Under the pieces are notes generated by a model. The model was not told the origin of the DNA, made no database searches, and saw nothing but the letters and a program-made list of their open reading frames with translations. 64,000 nucleotides of DNA from Raillietiella orientalis (lineage: Eukaryota): contig JAYWIR010000056.1 of assembly GCA_036172245.1 (NCBI GenBank), forward strand, positions 186,001 to 250,000, read 5' to 3'. Position 1 is the first letter of the stretch; each line of letters starts with the position of its first letter. Shown here piece by piece: positions 62,510 to 64,000 of the stretch. Made by a program: the position numbers and the translations under genes.

Positions 62510-64000
62510 TAATTCACCCCACCCCTTGCGGGAAAATCGAAACGATGGTCAGAACGAGAGGGAGAGCTCCTTTTCACATCCTGGTGGTAGAATAAGCTAC
62601 TGACGTTTGTTAATGGTACTCTGAAAGCGTTGTTGTCATTCTCTTTTCGTTGCCCCTGGAAGATTCACAGCTGAGACAGAGTTGTTGCCGATGAGAGAAC
62701 AGGCATTTCTTGCAAACACGTCCTCGCCATAGAGTACGCAACTCTTCCTGTTTCTATCCAGCAGCCGAGAGCGAAAGAAGAGATAAAGTTTACTCAGAAC
62801 TGAGATCAGGGAAAATTTCTGGCACACTTTCGACCGAAAGTGCTTGAGTGAGGTCTTTTCGGGGACGGATTCCAGCCGGGAAATTCCAGTCATAGAAAAA
62901 AGATAAGGAAACCGGGTTCCCAAGGAACAGTGCGAGGGAAGAGATCTTTTCGAACGGAAGGAAGGACTTCCATGTCGGTGAAGAAGCACTTTGGAGCATT
63001 TGCTAATTCTCCGAGATGTGGTTCGAGATGCAGTGGCTCACACCACGTCAGACCTTGCTTGCCTTCCTCTACTTCCCACCCGTCAGGAGCTGGAAAGGAA
63101 AACAAATTGAAAAACAAACAAAGCAGAGAGATGCCGTTCACAGCAGGGACACCACGAAGAACGAATCAAACCCCAGCATAGTATGGCGAAACATCCGTAG
63201 ACCACGTTTCCGGATCGGATATCGCCTGCATTCTAGGAAGATGGAGGATCATATAAAATGCCGTTTCCATCCAGCACTCTTGCTGCTACTGGCAAGGGAT
63301 TTATGCAGCCTGCATCTGGACCATTCCATCTCTCTAATAATTCCATCAGCCGAAAGTAGTTTACGGTCTACTGGTCCAATGGAAGTCCAAAGATAGCAAC
63401 AGACTCCACAGAATCTGCCGGACGTCTTTCAATCTGCTCGATTGGTAGAGCTACGGCGATAGAACCTTAGAAGACTGAGCAGATTTTGAGCTGCAAAAGA
63501 ACGAATCGTCGAGAGGCAGCCTGCAGGGCGCAGCAAAGGGTGATCATGGATGTGATGCCAACGAATTTTCTCTTGGAAAGATTTTACATCATCTCTCTTC
63601 AGAGACTCCAAATACTTCCGAAGCACCTTAGAGTGAAAATTTCGCTTCTCACCAGCTGATGGATGGGGTGAGGCCACTGCTCATGGTTTCGCCAGTATCT
63701 CGAAGGTGACCTCAGTGCTAGGAGCACGGGAAGGAGTACAGGAGACTTTTTTCCAGCTCCGCGACATCCATTCTTGCTGCTTTCCCTTCATCATTGAAGG
63801 ATGGAAATAAATGGATACCGTTCTTTCAGACGCGGATCTGATCATCCCCCTCGGTTCGGATTTCACGGACTTTGCTGGCAACGAAAGATCAAGGAGATCA
63901 CGCTTCTGTAACTTCTAGGCGCAATCGAAATCTCTATGTTATGAGTTCTCATTTGTATCTGCTTACTTTTCGGATTTCAATAAGCACCGCCTACCCTCAC

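Noticed and set aside
63560..63630. LRKYLESLKRDDVKSFQEKI, resembling a death-fold first helix pair
   Set aside because: Too short and generic an amphipathic pattern to support a call.
1..64000. Prokaryotic systems (CRISPR, operons, defence islands) or a Runx gene beside CBF-beta
   Set aside because: The sequence is intron-containing animal DNA. I saw no repeat-spacer array and no Runt-domain motif.

Overview
Animal genomic DNA, most likely arthropod (inferred from the Brother/Big-brother-type N-terminal extension on CBF-beta). It is not prokaryotic: I found no operons, CRISPR arrays or rRNA, and most ORFs in the track are GC-rich noise. Best-supported content: (1) a complete five-coding-exon core-binding factor beta gene on + (6590-9489); (2) a compact short-intron gene on - (45420-43945) encoding a YWTD-like beta-propeller, an EGF domain, a transmembrane helix and a YSKL tail, apparently nested in an intron of a weakly supported + strand gene (~42138-45878); (3) an apparently identical 1121-bp inverted repeat (28886-30006 / 33707-34827) made of a tRNA-derived SINE, a decayed L1/Tx1 3' end and part of a minisatellite, around a 3.7-kb spacer holding RING-finger and LINE ORF1 remnants; (4) other L1-clade fragments, including a poly(A)-tailed copy at ~61190-62509. 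A GC- and CpG-rich first ~35 kb contrasts with a CpG-depleted AT-rich gene island at ~42-46 kb. All protein family calls are motif recognition from memory; no searches were run.
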